Shown: positions 49,970 through 59,756, counted from the first letter of the stretch. The stretch is 64,000 bases of DNA from Nanobdellota archaeon (GCA_030611805.1 JAUWPB010000001.1:24765-88764); one strand, 5' to 3'. Numbers and translations are program-made. Notes: a model not told the origin generated them from the sequence alone.

Positions 49970-50728
49970 ATGGGAATTAATACAGAAAAACCAATGACAA
50001 AACAAGAATCAAAAAAACAAGGAGTAGTTGGTGCTATAAAACAAAAAATTGATTTGGCTAAAGTACCTGTTGAAAAGAAAACAGATGAAAAAAAAGATAA
50101 GCAATTAACTACTGGGAAAGTCTCTGAACCAAAAGATGAAGTAAAACCTGATTATAAAAACTTGGCACCCAAGGGTGTACACCACCGAGTAGGTCCAGAG
50201 GAAGGAGGTGCGAGTACCTCTTCGCCAAGTAGGTCTGAAAGAAGCCCTTCTGTAAAAGAAGATATAAACATAGAGGACAAAAAAAAGAAACCAATACAAA
50301 AAAAACCTGTTGTTAAAAAAACCGAGGCTGTTGTAAATGCAAGGAGTCTTCCAATCTCAACAAAATATTCTATGGCGATTTGCAGATTTATTAAAAACAA
50401 GAAAATTGGGAAAGCAATAGTTGATTTAGGACAAGTTATTACGAAGAAAAAAGCAGTACCAATGAAAGGCGAGATTCCTCATAAAAAAGGCAGAGGAATG
50501 ATGTCAGGAAGATATCCTAAAAAAGCTTCAGAGCATTTTATTGAAATATTGAAAAGCCTGCAAGCAAACGCTAATGCTAATGAAATAGAGAATCCGAGAA
50601 TTGTTGAAGCTGTTGCAAATCTTGCCTCAAGACCTTATGGGAGATTTGGAAGAATAAGGAAAAAGCGAACTCATGTTAAGTTAGTTGCTAAAAATAAATT
50701 AAATAAAGAAAAGGAGAATAGAAAATGA
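49970..50728 (+). CDS. rpl22: 50S ribosomal protein uL22 with long N-terminal extension
   Basis: LPISTK, GRYPKKAS, LQANA, KRTHV. Confidence 0.93.
   Translation: MGINTEKPMTKQESKKQGVVGAIKQKIDLAKVPVEKKTDEKKDKQLTTGKVSEPKDEVKPDYKNLAPKGVHHRVGPEEGGASTSSPSRSERSPSVKEDINIEDKKKKPIQKKPVVKKTEAVVNARSLPISTKYSMAICRFIKNKKIGKAIVDLGQVITKKKAVPMKGEIPHKKGRGMMSGRYPKKASEHFIEILKSLQANANANEIENPRIVEAVANLASRPYGRFGRIRKKRTHVKLVAKNKLNKEKENRK
50165..50180 (+). repeat. In-frame palindromic repeat GCACCCAAGGGTGTAC (also 51656-51671; variant 8019-8036 minus strand)
   Basis: 16-bp identity; CACC/GGTG stem; encodes APKGV in uL22 and uS3. Confidence 0.75.
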
Positions 50729-51027
50729 GTTTAATTAATGTTAAAACAAAAATATATTGTAATTTTAAAATTGATGGGTATGTTGCTTGCTTAGAATATA
50801 CTGCCAATGAATCTCAAAAAGAAATTGGATTATTGGTTCCAAAAGAATTAAGGAGAAAAGACCAAGCTACTTCAAATGCTCTTAAATATTTATTCACTCA
50901 AAAAAAAGAAAGTCCTTTTATTGTAAATATAGGGGAACTAGAAGAAATTCTTTCTCCAAATTTTGTAGAAGATATTAAAAAATCAAATTTACCTAAAAAA
51001 ATTAAACAAAATATTCAAGGAATTTAA
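50725..51027 (+). CDS. Orphan insert between rpl22 and rps3
   Basis: 100 aa, ATGA-coupled. Confidence 0.55.
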   Translation: MSLINVKTKIYCNFKIDGYVACLEYTANESQKEIGLLVPKELRRKDQATSNALKYLFTQKKESPFIVNIGELEEILSPNFVEDIKKSNLPKKIKQNIQGI

Positions 51028-51028
51028 T

Positions 51029-51751
51029 ATGGAAGAGAAAAAAACAGTTCAGTTTAAGAAAGAAGAATTTGCGATTAAGGAATCTATAAAAAATGCACTT
51101 GGAAAGGGAAAAGTGAGCAAGGTTATTATAGAGTATACGCCGGTGGGAGAAAAAATAATTATCTCTACTCATAAGCCAGGGTTGGTAATTGGAAGAAAGG
51201 GTGTGAAAATCGGGGAACTAACTCAAATGTTAAGAACTGAATTTAAACTTGAAAATCCTCATATTGAAATAGATGAAATAATGCAACCAGAACTTGACGC
51301 CCAGATAATGGCAGATGAAATTGCTCTTTCGTTGGAAAGATTCGGGCCTTTGAGGTTTAAGGTTACTGCATACAGAACATTGCAAAAAATAATCAAGGCA
51401 GGGGCTTTGGGAGTTGAAATAAGATTAAATGGGAAACTTCCGAGTGCAAGAGCAAGGTCGTGGAGATTTGCACAAGGATATTTAAAGAAAACAGGGGACA
51501 GTGCAAAGGTTGTTGACAGGGCGCAATCAAGAGCACAGACAAAACCAGGAACTGTGGGAGTGAAAGTGAGTATCTTGTCTCCAGATGTTGAATTAAAAGA
51601 TAGAATCAAGATTGACGACGAACTTATAAAAAAATTAAAGGAAAATTCAGAAGTTGCACCCAAGGGTGTACCCCCAAGTACTGGATTAGGGGGCAAAGAA
51701 AAACCAAAAACCAAAAAAGTAATTAAAAAAGTAAAGAAGGATAAAAATTAA
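51029..51751 (+). CDS. rps3: 30S ribosomal protein uS3
   Basis: PGLVIGRKG KH motif, GALGVEI, GVKV. Confidence 0.97.
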   Translation: MEEKKTVQFKKEEFAIKESIKNALGKGKVSKVIIEYTPVGEKIIISTHKPGLVIGRKGVKIGELTQMLRTEFKLENPHIEIDEIMQPELDAQIMADEIALSLERFGPLRFKVTAYRTLQKIIKAGALGVEIRLNGKLPSARARSWRFAQGYLKKTGDSAKVVDRAQSRAQTKPGTVGVKVSILSPDVELKDRIKIDDELIKKLKENSEVAPKGVPPSTGLGGKEKPKTKKVIKKVKKDKN

Positions 51752-51752
51752 A

Positions 51753-51962
51753 ATGGCAACTTTAAAATTCAAAGACATACAAAAATTAAGCAAACAAGAA
51801 AGAGAAAAGAAATTTAAGGAATTGAAAATGGAATTGATTAAATCAAAAGTTAAATCCTCAAAAACAGGGAGTTCAAAGATTAAGGAAATTAAAAAAATAA
51901 TTGCCAGAATACTCACGCTCAAAAAACACAATGGAAATATGTCCAAAATGTGGCTTGCCTGA
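51753..51962 (+). CDS. rpl29: 50S ribosomal protein uL29
   Basis: ELKMEL...IKEIKKIIARILT. Confidence 0.9.
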   Translation: MATLKFKDIQKLSKQEREKKFKELKMELIKSKVKSSKTGSSKIKEIKKIIARILTLKKHNGNMSKMWLA

Positions 51963-52230
51963 GCAAGCATGTGTATGTGAACAGATTGTTAAAAGTTCGC
52001 AAAGAGTAAAGATAACGACAGACAGAAAGCGATATGGGAAAATCGTGACTGTTGTTACAGGATTCGAGAGTGGAATCAATGTGAAGAAAATCGCAAAGGC
52101 TCTGAAAAACGAGTTGGCCTGCGGTGGGACTTACAAGGGTAACATGATTGAACTCCAAGGAGACCACAGAAAGAAGATAAAAGAACTGCTGGTCAAGTTG
52201 GGGTTTGAGGAAGAATCAATCTCTGAATAA
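51931..52230 (+). CDS. sui1: Translation initiation factor aIF1/SUI1
   Basis: CPKCGLP, LACGGT, IELQGDH. Confidence 0.95.
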   Translation: MEICPKCGLPEQACVCEQIVKSSQRVKITTDRKRYGKIVTVVTGFESGINVKKIAKALKNELACGGTYKGNMIELQGDHRKKIKELLVKLGFEEESISE

Positions 52231-52260
52231 ACAAAAAGCATACACAAACAAAAAAATAAA

Positions 52261-52623
52261 ATGGAAAAAAAGAAAACAACAGAAGGAAAAATAGAGAAAA
52301 AATCAGAAGTAGTTGGAAATGTCTGCGATGACAGAAATTGCCATATCCATGGGAACTTAAAAACCAGAGGAAGAGTCTTTGAAGGAGAAGTTATCAGAAA
52401 GTTCCATAAGAGAATTACAATTGAATTTGAAAGAATGACTTATGTAAGAAAATATGAAAGATATAAAAAATCAAAAACAAAAATTCATGCACGGCTTCCT
52501 GTTTGTATGGAAGATGAAATCCATATTGGTGATTTAATAAAAGTGCAGGAATGCAGACCTTTGAGCAAGATAATTCATTTTGTGGTTATTGAGAAAATTA
52601 AATCAGGAGAAAATGGGAAATGA
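52261..52623 (+). CDS. rps17: 30S ribosomal protein uS17
   Basis: CHIHG, KYERY, ECRPLSK. Confidence 0.97.
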   Translation: MEKKKTTEGKIEKKSEVVGNVCDDRNCHIHGNLKTRGRVFEGEVIRKFHKRITIEFERMTYVRKYERYKKSKTKIHARLPVCMEDEIHIGDLIKVQECRPLSKIIHFVVIEKIKSGENGK

Positions 52624-53021
52624 AAGCAATATCAGCAAGAGCAACAAGAGGATTGAATTTGGGTGCAAAGATGATTGCGTCTGATAATAGCGGAGCAAAG
52701 ATTGTGAGATTGGTTTCAGTAAAAAGAGGGAAAGGGAGAAAGGGGAAGCAAGGATGTGCTAAGATTGCTGACTGGGTAAAGGTAAGTGTTAGAAAAGGTA
52801 TTCCTGACATGAAAGGGAAAGTTTTTGATGCTGTTTTAATAAGGCAAAAAAAATCTTACAGAAGATTAAACGGAGAGAGAATTGCTTTTGAAGATAATGC
52901 TGTGGCAATTTTAAAAGATGATAAAGGAAATCCAAAAGCAACTCAAATTAAAGGACCAATTGCAAGGGAGGTATTAGAGCGATGGCCGAGTGTGGCAAAA
53001 ATCGCTAGTATTGTTGTTTAA
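52620..53021 (+). CDS. rpl14: 50S ribosomal protein uL14
   Basis: DNSGAK, FEDNA, KGPIARE. Confidence 0.97.
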   Translation: MKAISARATRGLNLGAKMIASDNSGAKIVRLVSVKRGKGRKGKQGCAKIADWVKVSVRKGIPDMKGKVFDAVLIRQKKSYRRLNGERIAFEDNAVAILKDDKGNPKATQIKGPIAREVLERWPSVAKIASIVV

Positions 53022-53022
53022 A

Positions 53023-53514
53023 ATGAAAAAAGAATTTAGTAAACACTGGAAATCAAGCAAACAACCTCGGAAGCAGAGGAAATACAGAGCTAAAGCTCCG
53101 TTGCATATTAAAAGAAAATTTGTGGGAATTAATTTGTCAAAAGAATTGAGAAAGAAATATGGAAAGAGAAATATGGTTGTAAAAAAAGGCGATGTTGTGA
53201 AAGTTATGAGGGGCAAATTTAAAGGCAAGCAGGGGAAAATCACAGAAGTAAAATTAAAGATTTCAAAAGTCGCAATAGAAGGAATTCAGGTTAAGAAGAT
53301 GGATGGTTCAAAAGTTAATGTGAGGTTGCAACCTTCAAATTTGCAAATTATTGAATTAAATTTAGAAGATGGAAAAAGAATGAAGAAAGAAAGAAAAACA
53401 ACAGAAAAAAAAGAAGATAAAATAAAAGTTGAAGATAAAAAGATTGAAAAGGAAAAAATGCAAACACCTAAAAAGATAGATTCAAAGAAATTAAATAAGG
53501 AGAAGAAAAAATGA
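53023..53514 (+). CDS. rpl24: 50S ribosomal protein uL24
   Basis: SKQPRKQRK, GDVVKVMRG, PSNL. Confidence 0.96.
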   Translation: MKKEFSKHWKSSKQPRKQRKYRAKAPLHIKRKFVGINLSKELRKKYGKRNMVVKKGDVVKVMRGKFKGKQGKITEVKLKISKVAIEGIQVKKMDGSKVNVRLQPSNLQIIELNLEDGKRMKKERKTTEKKEDKIKVEDKKIEKEKMQTPKKIDSKKLNKEKKK

Positions 53515-53777
53515 GAATAGAAGATAAAACAAGGGATTATTTAAAACCCATATTGGATGGAAATAAATATGTAGAAACAGGAATGCTACTAATGATCCCC
53601 CAAATAGGAGAAGTTGCCATAACATCCCAATTGAAAAAGGGATTCAATGGGCATGATTGCCAGAGGGAATATTTCACATTCAAAAAAGATTTGATTTGGG
53701 GAAAAGTAACGAGGATCAACGGAAAATATTTTATAAAAACCACTAAGGGAGGCAACAATTTAAAATGGCACACTTAA
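53511..53777 (+). CDS. Orphan insert between rpl24 and rps4e
   Basis: 88 aa, ATGA-coupled, GGAGG near end. Confidence 0.55.
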   Translation: MRIEDKTRDYLKPILDGNKYVETGMLLMIPQIGEVAITSQLKKGFNGHDCQREYFTFKKDLIWGKVTRINGKYFIKTTKGGNNLKWHT

Positions 53778-54415
53778 AACGACACAAAGTTCCAAAGAGT
53801 TGGCCAATACCTCGGAAAGGCACAACATATGTAGTCAGACCTAACTTCAATATAAATAAAGGTATTCCGGTTTTAATTATTTTAAGAGATATTTTAAAAG
53901 TCGCCCAAATCAGAAAAGAAGTGAAAAAAGCAATTCACGCAAAACATATTTTGCTCAACAACAAGGTAGTCAGGGACGAAAAAAATAATGCTCTTTTGTT
54001 TGATACAATAGAAATTATTCCTTCTAAAAAATATTATAGAATTAATTTGTCTAATAAAGGAAAATTCAAAGTTCAGGAAATAAAACAATCTGAAGTGGAT
54101 AAAAAAATATCAAAAGTTATTGATAAAAAAACTTTGAAAGGTAAAAAAACACAGTTAAATTTAAGTGATGGAAGAAATTTTCTGTCAGATATTAAATGCA
54201 AGGTTAATGATTCTGTTTTAATTGATTTTAAAAAAAGTAAAATAGAAAAATGTCTACCGTTAAAAGAAGGGGCAAAGGTAATGGTCTTTGCAGGGAAACA
54301 TTCCGGGGAAACAGGGATTATTAGAAATATAAAACCCCAAAGAAAAATGGCGGGATTAAATATTGGCGAAAAAGAACTCAATGTTTTAATTAAACAATTA
54401 ATGGTGGTTGAATAA
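53765..54415 (+). CDS. rps4e: 30S ribosomal protein eS4
   Basis: HLKR..P.SW, QLNLSDGRN, GKHSG. Confidence 0.95.
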   Translation: MAHLKRHKVPKSWPIPRKGTTYVVRPNFNINKGIPVLIILRDILKVAQIRKEVKKAIHAKHILLNNKVVRDEKNNALLFDTIEIIPSKKYYRINLSNKGKFKVQEIKQSEVDKKISKVIDKKTLKGKKTQLNLSDGRNFLSDIKCKVNDSVLIDFKKSKIEKCLPLKEGAKVMVFAGKHSGETGIIRNIKPQRKMAGLNIGEKELNVLIKQLMVVE

Positions 54416-54870
54416 TGGAAAAAGGAACAATTGAAGAAAAAGTATTAAATGAAATGAACAGGGCATTTAAAGAACATTCTCATTATAGCATTGAAAAAAA
54501 TGGAGAACTCAGTATTTTTGGTCCAGAAAAAATATCTCCTGAAGAATTTTATCAGCGAAAAAGAGATATGCAATTAAGTAAACCTTTGGAAGAAATTTCA
54601 GAGAGAGATGTAATAATTAGTGAACACAAAGGAAACCAACAGAAAGAATATGTTATACAAAAAGGAGAGGAAACTAATTTAATAAAAGCTTGTATTGATA
54701 CTCTTGCAAAAGAAAAAAACAAATTAAATGAAGATTGCATTGCCTTAAAAACATATTTTATTGTTAAAGGGGGAAAAGAAATAATTTGTGATACTCTTCT
54801 GTCATTTCCTAAAGAGGATTTTCAATATCAGCATATTTATAAAAAGTTAAAGGGATGTGGAGCAATATAA
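54415..54870 (+). CDS. Orphan insert between rps4e and rpl5
   Basis: 151 aa, TAATG-coupled. Confidence 0.55.
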   Translation: MEKGTIEEKVLNEMNRAFKEHSHYSIEKNGELSIFGPEKISPEEFYQRKRDMQLSKPLEEISERDVIISEHKGNQQKEYVIQKGEETNLIKACIDTLAKEKNKLNEDCIALKTYFIVKGGKEIICDTLLSFPKEDFQYQHIYKKLKGCGAI

Positions 54871-54872
54871 AA

Positions 54873-55376
54873 ATGTCTAAAGAAAATATAATGCGTGAAA
54901 TAAAAATTGAAAAGGTTGTTTTAAGTACAGGCGGGACTGGAGAGGATTTGGAAAAAGGAGTTAAGCTTCTTAAAATTCTTACTGGGAAAAAACCTGCAAA
55001 AATGAAGTCCAAGAAAAGGATTCCTTCCTGGAGTGTTCGACCAAATTTAGAAGTTGGCACAGTTGTGACTATTAGAAAAAATCCGGAAGAACTTTTGAAA
55101 AGAATGTTAATCACAATAGATAATGTTCTAAAGAAAAAACAAATAAGTGAAAATAATTTTTCTTTTGGTATAAAAGAATATATAGAAATTCCCGGAGTAG
55201 AATATCAAAGAGATATTGGGATAATGGGCTTTGATGTTACAGTTGTTTTTAAAAGGACCGGGAGAAGGGTTAAGTTAAGGAAAATAAAAAAAGGAAAAAT
55301 CCCAAAAAAACATATGATTAGCAAAGATGAAATAATTAAATTCATGGAAGAAAAATTCCAGACGAGGTTTGAATAA
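54873..55376 (+). CDS. rpl5: 50S ribosomal protein uL5
   Basis: MREIKIEKVV, NFSFGIKEYI, GIMGFDV. Confidence 0.96.
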   Translation: MSKENIMREIKIEKVVLSTGGTGEDLEKGVKLLKILTGKKPAKMKSKKRIPSWSVRPNLEVGTVVTIRKNPEELLKRMLITIDNVLKKKQISENNFSFGIKEYIEIPGVEYQRDIGIMGFDVTVVFKRTGRRVKLRKIKKGKIPKKHMISKDEIIKFMEEKFQTRFE

Positions 55377-55606
55377 TGACAGCAAGTGATTGGAGAAAAA
55401 TATTAAAACAACTTGAAAATAAGCCACAATTAAAGGCAAAGTTTTTGAAACACTGCAAGCCAAAAGAGAGAAAGATTGGAATCGCTGTAAAGAAATGCGA
55501 GAGGTGTGGAAGATTCGGGGCTCACATAAAATCATACGGATTAAATTTATGCCGACACTGCTTTAGGGGAATCGCAGAAGAAATCGGATTTCAAAAATAT
55601 AGTTAA
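55376..55606 (+). CDS. rps14: 30S ribosomal protein uS14
   Basis: CERCG...LCRHCFR...GFQKY. Confidence 0.95.
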   Translation: MTASDWRKILKQLENKPQLKAKFLKHCKPKERKIGIAVKKCERCGRFGAHIKSYGLNLCRHCFRGIAEEIGFQKYS

Positions 55607-55607
55607 A

Positions 55608-55772
55608 ATGGAAAATGAAATTTTGTACACAGGAGATTGCCCAAATCCAGGGGATTTTGAGAAAGTTCAGGAAAACTTAGCAAGGCTTATTAAAATGCAA
55701 GACGAATTTTATGAACAGAAAAAGAAACAACCTCTTCAACCAATTAAATATTATGAAAGGGGTTTAAACTAA
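55608..55772 (+). CDS. Orphan insert after rps14 (54 aa); not in ORF track
   Basis: MENEILYTGDCPNPG...YYERGLN fills the gap with TAAAATG junctions on both sides. Confidence 0.5.
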   Translation: MENEILYTGDCPNPGDFEKVQENLARLIKMQDEFYEQKKKQPLQPIKYYERGLN

Positions 55773-55773
55773 A

Positions 55774-56025
55774 ATGGAAATAACAAATATGGATAAAAAA
55801 TTACAACAAGAATATCAGAGAGCATATACAGAAGATCTTAGAAGATGTCTTTTATTTACAAGAACGCGTGTTCCTATAGAAGAAGTTAGTACAGACACAA
55901 TGAAAGCTAATATACAATGTGCAAGAGAATCTTATGAAAAAATACCTGATAAACAAGCAGTTTCACTTTTATTAGGGGATTTAAATCAACTTGAAAGAAA
56001 ATATGGTGCGGAGGCTACAAAATGA
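55774..56025 (+). CDS. Second orphan insert before rps8
   Basis: 83 aa, GGAGG plus ATGA overlap. Confidence 0.55.
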   Translation: MEITNMDKKLQQEYQRAYTEDLRRCLLFTRTRVPIEEVSTDTMKANIQCARESYEKIPDKQAVSLLLGDLNQLERKYGAEATK

Positions 56026-56402
56026 GTCAAGACATAGTTGCTGATGCTTTGAATATGATAAGAAATGCCAAGAAAGCGAGAAAAGAAATTGTAAAGATAA
56101 ATCGGATTTCAAATTTGTTGATTGAGATTTTAAAGATAATGAAACAAGAAGGTGCAATAAAGAAATATAAAATTAACAGCAAGGAAAAATATGTTGAGAT
56201 TACAATCGGCGAGTTGTCAGAATGCAAGGCGATAAAACCGCGGTTTAGTGTTGATAAAACCCAGATTGAAAAATACCGAAGAAGATATCTGCCTGCGAGA
56301 AATTTAGGGACTATGATTATTTCAACTAACAAAGGTTTGACAACTCATGAAGAAACTCAAAAAGAACAAACAGGGGGATGCTTGATTGCATATTTTTATT
56401 AA
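56022..56402 (+). CDS. rps8: 30S ribosomal protein uS8
   Basis: AIKPRF, LPA, ISTNKG, GGCLIAYFY. Confidence 0.96.
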   Translation: MSQDIVADALNMIRNAKKARKEIVKINRISNLLIEILKIMKQEGAIKKYKINSKEKYVEITIGELSECKAIKPRFSVDKTQIEKYRRRYLPARNLGTMIISTNKGLTTHEETQKEQTGGCLIAYFY

Positions 56403-56403
56403 A

Positions 56404-56754
56404 ATGGAACAAACAATACACCCTCACGAAATGATGGCAGACTTTGTAAATAAATATGAATCCCGAATAAAACCTGTGCTTCAAAAAGGAAAAAATATTA
56501 ATGATTTGATTGGCTTAATATTTGAACAAGATTTAAGATATAAAGAAATGGGAAGTTTAACAATTCAACCAAACCCAAAAGCTCAGGCTCATTATCGTCT
56601 CGCGATTAATTTTCTTGGACAATTAACAATGAAAACGCTGACTCAAGATCTTTTTAAATTTGGAATTGAAAGGGTAGAAGCACAAGTTAAAAAGTTAAAC
56701 ACAATATTGCATGAAGATTCACATTATAAATTATATCGAGAGGAATCAAGATGA
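56404..56754 (+). CDS. Orphan insert between rps8 and rpl6
   Basis: 116 aa, coupled at both ends. Confidence 0.55.
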   Translation: MEQTIHPHEMMADFVNKYESRIKPVLQKGKNINDLIGLIFEQDLRYKEMGSLTIQPNPKAQAHYRLAINFLGQLTMKTLTQDLFKFGIERVEAQVKKLNTILHEDSHYKLYREESR

Positions 56755-57293
56755 AAAAAGAATTATTTCAAACAATTGAAATTCCAGAAGGAGTGGAAGC
56801 AAGTATAGACTGGGGTAGTGTAACTGTGAAAGGTAAAGAAGGGGAAAATAAAAGAACATTTAATCTTGGGAAATTAGATTTTGAGAAAAAAGAAAACAAA
56901 ATAATTATTGGAAATAAAAAGGCAACAAAAACTGAAAAGAAAATGATGAACACAATTGCGTCTCATATAAATAATATGATTAAAGGTGTGCAGGAAAAAT
57001 TTGAATACAAATTGAAAGTATGTTTTAGCCATTTTCCTATGAATGTTAAAATAGAAGGCAATGAAGCGGTAATAAAGAATTTTTTAGGAGAAAAAATCCC
57101 AAGAAAAGTGAGAATTCCTGAAGGCACTGAAGTTGTAATTGATAAGGATATTATCACTGTCAAATCTACTGATAAAGAATTAGGGGGACAGGCTGCAGCA
57201 AATTTTGAAACAGCTACGAGAATTATTGGCAAAGACAGAAGGGTTTTCCAGGACGGGATTTATATTACAAGTAAATGTGGGAGGGAAATTTAA
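56751..57293 (+). CDS. rpl6: 50S ribosomal protein uL6
   Basis: SHFP, NFLGEK, DRRVFQDGIYI. Confidence 0.97.
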   Translation: MKKELFQTIEIPEGVEASIDWGSVTVKGKEGENKRTFNLGKLDFEKKENKIIIGNKKATKTEKKMMNTIASHINNMIKGVQEKFEYKLKVCFSHFPMNVKIEGNEAVIKNFLGEKIPRKVRIPEGTEVVIDKDIITVKSTDKELGGQAAANFETATRIIGKDRRVFQDGIYITSKCGREI

Positions 57294-57294
57294 A

Positions 57295-57729
57295 ATGGTT
57301 AAATTTTTAAGAAGAAGCTGGGACAGATATTCAAAACTTGGAAAAGGAAGAAAGAAAAAACAGGTTTGGAGAAAGCCAAGAGGCAGAGATAATAAAATGA
57401 GAGAAAAAAGAAAAGGATATCCTGTAGTAGTGAGCATAGGATATAAAAAACCTGGAAAGAAGATTGATGAGAAAAAATTAATTATTATGAATGTTAGAGA
57501 TTTGAACAAAGTTAAAGAAAATAAAATTGTAATAATTGGGAAAGTTGGAACAAAGAAAAAAATAGAAATAGTTAAAAAAGCAAATGAAAAGAAAATTAAA
57601 ATTCATAATTTAAATGTTAAAAAATTTTTGAAGGAGTTAGAGAAGAAAGAAAAGAAAACAAAGGAGAAAGAAAACAAAAAACCAGAAAAGAAACCTGATA
57701 AAACTAAAAGCAAGGAGGAGAAAAAATGA
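57295..57729 (+). CDS. rpl32e: 50S ribosomal protein eL32
   Basis: KFLR, WRKPRGRDNKMR, IGY. Confidence 0.94.
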   Translation: MVKFLRRSWDRYSKLGKGRKKKQVWRKPRGRDNKMREKRKGYPVVVSIGYKKPGKKIDEKKLIIMNVRDLNKVKENKIVIIGKVGTKKKIEIVKKANEKKIKIHNLNVKKFLKELEKKEKKTKEKENKKPEKKPDKTKSKEEKK

Positions 57730-58133
57730 ACCTACGCAAGAAAAAAGAATTAGCTGTAAGGACTTTAAAAGTTGGAAAAGAAAGAATTGTTTTTTTGCAG
57801 TCAAGGTTAGAGGAAATAAAAGAAGCAATTACTAAACAAGATATTCGGGACTTGAAAAAAGAAGGAGGAATAATTGTAAAAGAAATTAAGGGAAGAAAAA
57901 AGATTAAGAAGGTGGGTAAAAAAAGAGGTCCTGGGAAAATAAGAAAAAAAGTTAATAAAAGAAAACAAGAATATGTTAAAATGACCAGAAAATTAAGGAA
58001 ATACACTGGTGAAATGAAAAAGCAAGGAAAATTATCTAAAGAAAATGTTGAAGATATTAAAAAGAAAATAAGAAACAGAATTTTTAGAAGCAAGGCACAT
58101 TTGAAAACTTATATTGGAGGATTGAAAAAATGA
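57726..58133 (+). CDS. rpl19e: 50S ribosomal protein eL19
   Basis: LA.RTLKVGKERI, AITKQDIR, RGPG. Confidence 0.93.
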   Translation: MNLRKKKELAVRTLKVGKERIVFLQSRLEEIKEAITKQDIRDLKKEGGIIVKEIKGRKKIKKVGKKRGPGKIRKKVNKRKQEYVKMTRKLRKYTGEMKKQGKLSKENVEDIKKKIRNRIFRSKAHLKTYIGGLKK

Positions 58134-58426
58134 AAATAGAAAATGAAATTAAATATATAGAAATCCGGAAAGACTGGGAAAAAGTAACCAGAGCTGATAA
58201 AGTGATTGCGAATGAGGGGCTTCAAGAAGGATTTTTCTTTGGAAAAAGATATCTCCCCCACTCTGGTACAAAGCTTATACAAAAAGAGTTCCCAATTTTA
58301 ATAAGAAGAGAAATAAATTCAATAATTGAGGATGTCGTTGGTGAAGCAATCATTGTCCATGATCAGGGAGTTTCAGGAGATTATGACAAATTAGATAAAT
58401 TTTTAAGAACGGAGTGTAATGCATAA
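58130..58426 (+). CDS. Orphan insert between rpl19e and rpl18
   Basis: 98 aa, ATGA-coupled. Confidence 0.55.
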   Translation: MKIENEIKYIEIRKDWEKVTRADKVIANEGLQEGFFFGKRYLPHSGTKLIQKEFPILIRREINSIIEDVVGEAIIVHDQGVSGDYDKLDKFLRTECNA

Positions 58427-58428
58427 AA

Positions 58429-58923
58429 ATGAAAACATTAAAACGAAGAAGAAAAGAATGTAAAACAGATTACGGAAAAAGGATTAAATTGCTGAAAAGC
58501 GGGAAGCCAAGAATTGTTTTTAGAAGAACAAACAAGTATGTTATTGCACAATATGTAACAAGCAAAGAAGCGCAGGATAAAGTTGAAATAGGAATTAGTT
58601 CAAAAAACTTGTCAAAATATGGATGGTCAAAAGAATTTTCAGGGAGTTTAAAATCAACATCAGCATCATATCTTACAGGATTATTAATGGGTAAAAAAAT
58701 TATAAAACAAAAATTAAAAACCCCGATTGTTGATTTTGGGATGGCCAGAATATTGCATAAAACAAGGGTTTATGGTTTTTTGAAAGGATTAATCGACGCG
58801 GGAATTGATATAAAATGTAAAAAAGAAGCTTTTCCAGGTGAAGATAGAATAAAAGGAAAACACATGAAAAAAGATTTTTCAAAAATATTTGAAGAAATTA
58901 AATCTAAAATAGAAAAAGAATAA
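58429..58923 (+). CDS. rpl18: 50S ribosomal protein uL18
   Basis: RRRKECKTDY, PRIVFRRTN, YLTG. Confidence 0.96.
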   Translation: MKTLKRRRKECKTDYGKRIKLLKSGKPRIVFRRTNKYVIAQYVTSKEAQDKVEIGISSKNLSKYGWSKEFSGSLKSTSASYLTGLLMGKKIIKQKLKTPIVDFGMARILHKTRVYGFLKGLIDAGIDIKCKKEAFPGEDRIKGKHMKKDFSKIFEEIKSKIEKE

Positions 58924-59756
58924 TGGAAGAAAAAATAAATACAAGTTCGGGAAAAGATGAATATGCAGAAAAACCTGAAGAAGTTTTAGAAGAATCAGAA
59001 TTAAAAGAACTTGAAGAAATGAAAAAAGAAGTTGAAAAAAAGGTAAATGGAACAGATAAAGAAAGTTATAGGAATATGAGCCGGGCTGAAAGAGAGAAAA
59101 AAGCTCAGCAAGATGCAATATCTTCCTGGGAACCGAAAACAAAACTTGGGCAAGAAGTAAAAGATGGAAAAATAAAAAGTATTGATGAGATTTTAGACAG
59201 CAAAAGAAAAATTCTTGAAGCAGAAATTGTTGATTCGTTGATTGAGGTTAAATCTGAATTGAGCTCTATTGGTCAGTCAAAAGGAAAGTTTGGAGGCGGA
59301 AAAAGAAGAGCATGGAGACAAACGCAAAGAAAAACAAAAGAAGGAAATGTCCCAAGTTTTTCAACGCTTGCTATTGTTGGTGATGAAAATGGACATATTG
59401 GAATTGGCTCTGGAAAAGCTAAAGAAACTTTGCCAGCGAGAGACAAGGCCATAAGAAAAGCTAAATTAAATCTCATGAAAATAAAAAGAGCTTGTGCAGG
59501 ATTTGATTGCTCTTGTTCAGAATTACATTCAATCCCATTTAAAATAACCGGAAAATGCGGTAGTGTTAAAGTAACTTTAATCCCTGCACCACAAGGGACA
59601 GGGTTAGTTGTTGGAAGAGAATTAAGAAAGATATTAAAACTTGCAGGAATTAAAGATGTTTATAGCAGAACCTCGGGGAGAAAAAGGACTACTTTTAATT
59701 TAGTTAAATCTTGTATTGATGCTTTGAAGAAAACAAATGTGGAGGCAGAAAAATGA
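58923..59756 (+). CDS. rps5: 30S ribosomal protein uS5
   Basis: WEPKTKLG, VGDENG, PAPQGTGLV. Confidence 0.97.
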   Translation: MEEKINTSSGKDEYAEKPEEVLEESELKELEEMKKEVEKKVNGTDKESYRNMSRAEREKKAQQDAISSWEPKTKLGQEVKDGKIKSIDEILDSKRKILEAEIVDSLIEVKSELSSIGQSKGKFGGGKRRAWRQTQRKTKEGNVPSFSTLAIVGDENGHIGIGSGKAKETLPARDKAIRKAKLNLMKIKRACAGFDCSCSELHSIPFKITGKCGSVKVTLIPAPQGTGLVVGRELRKILKLAGIKDVYSRTSGRKRTTFNLVKSCIDALKKTNVEAEK

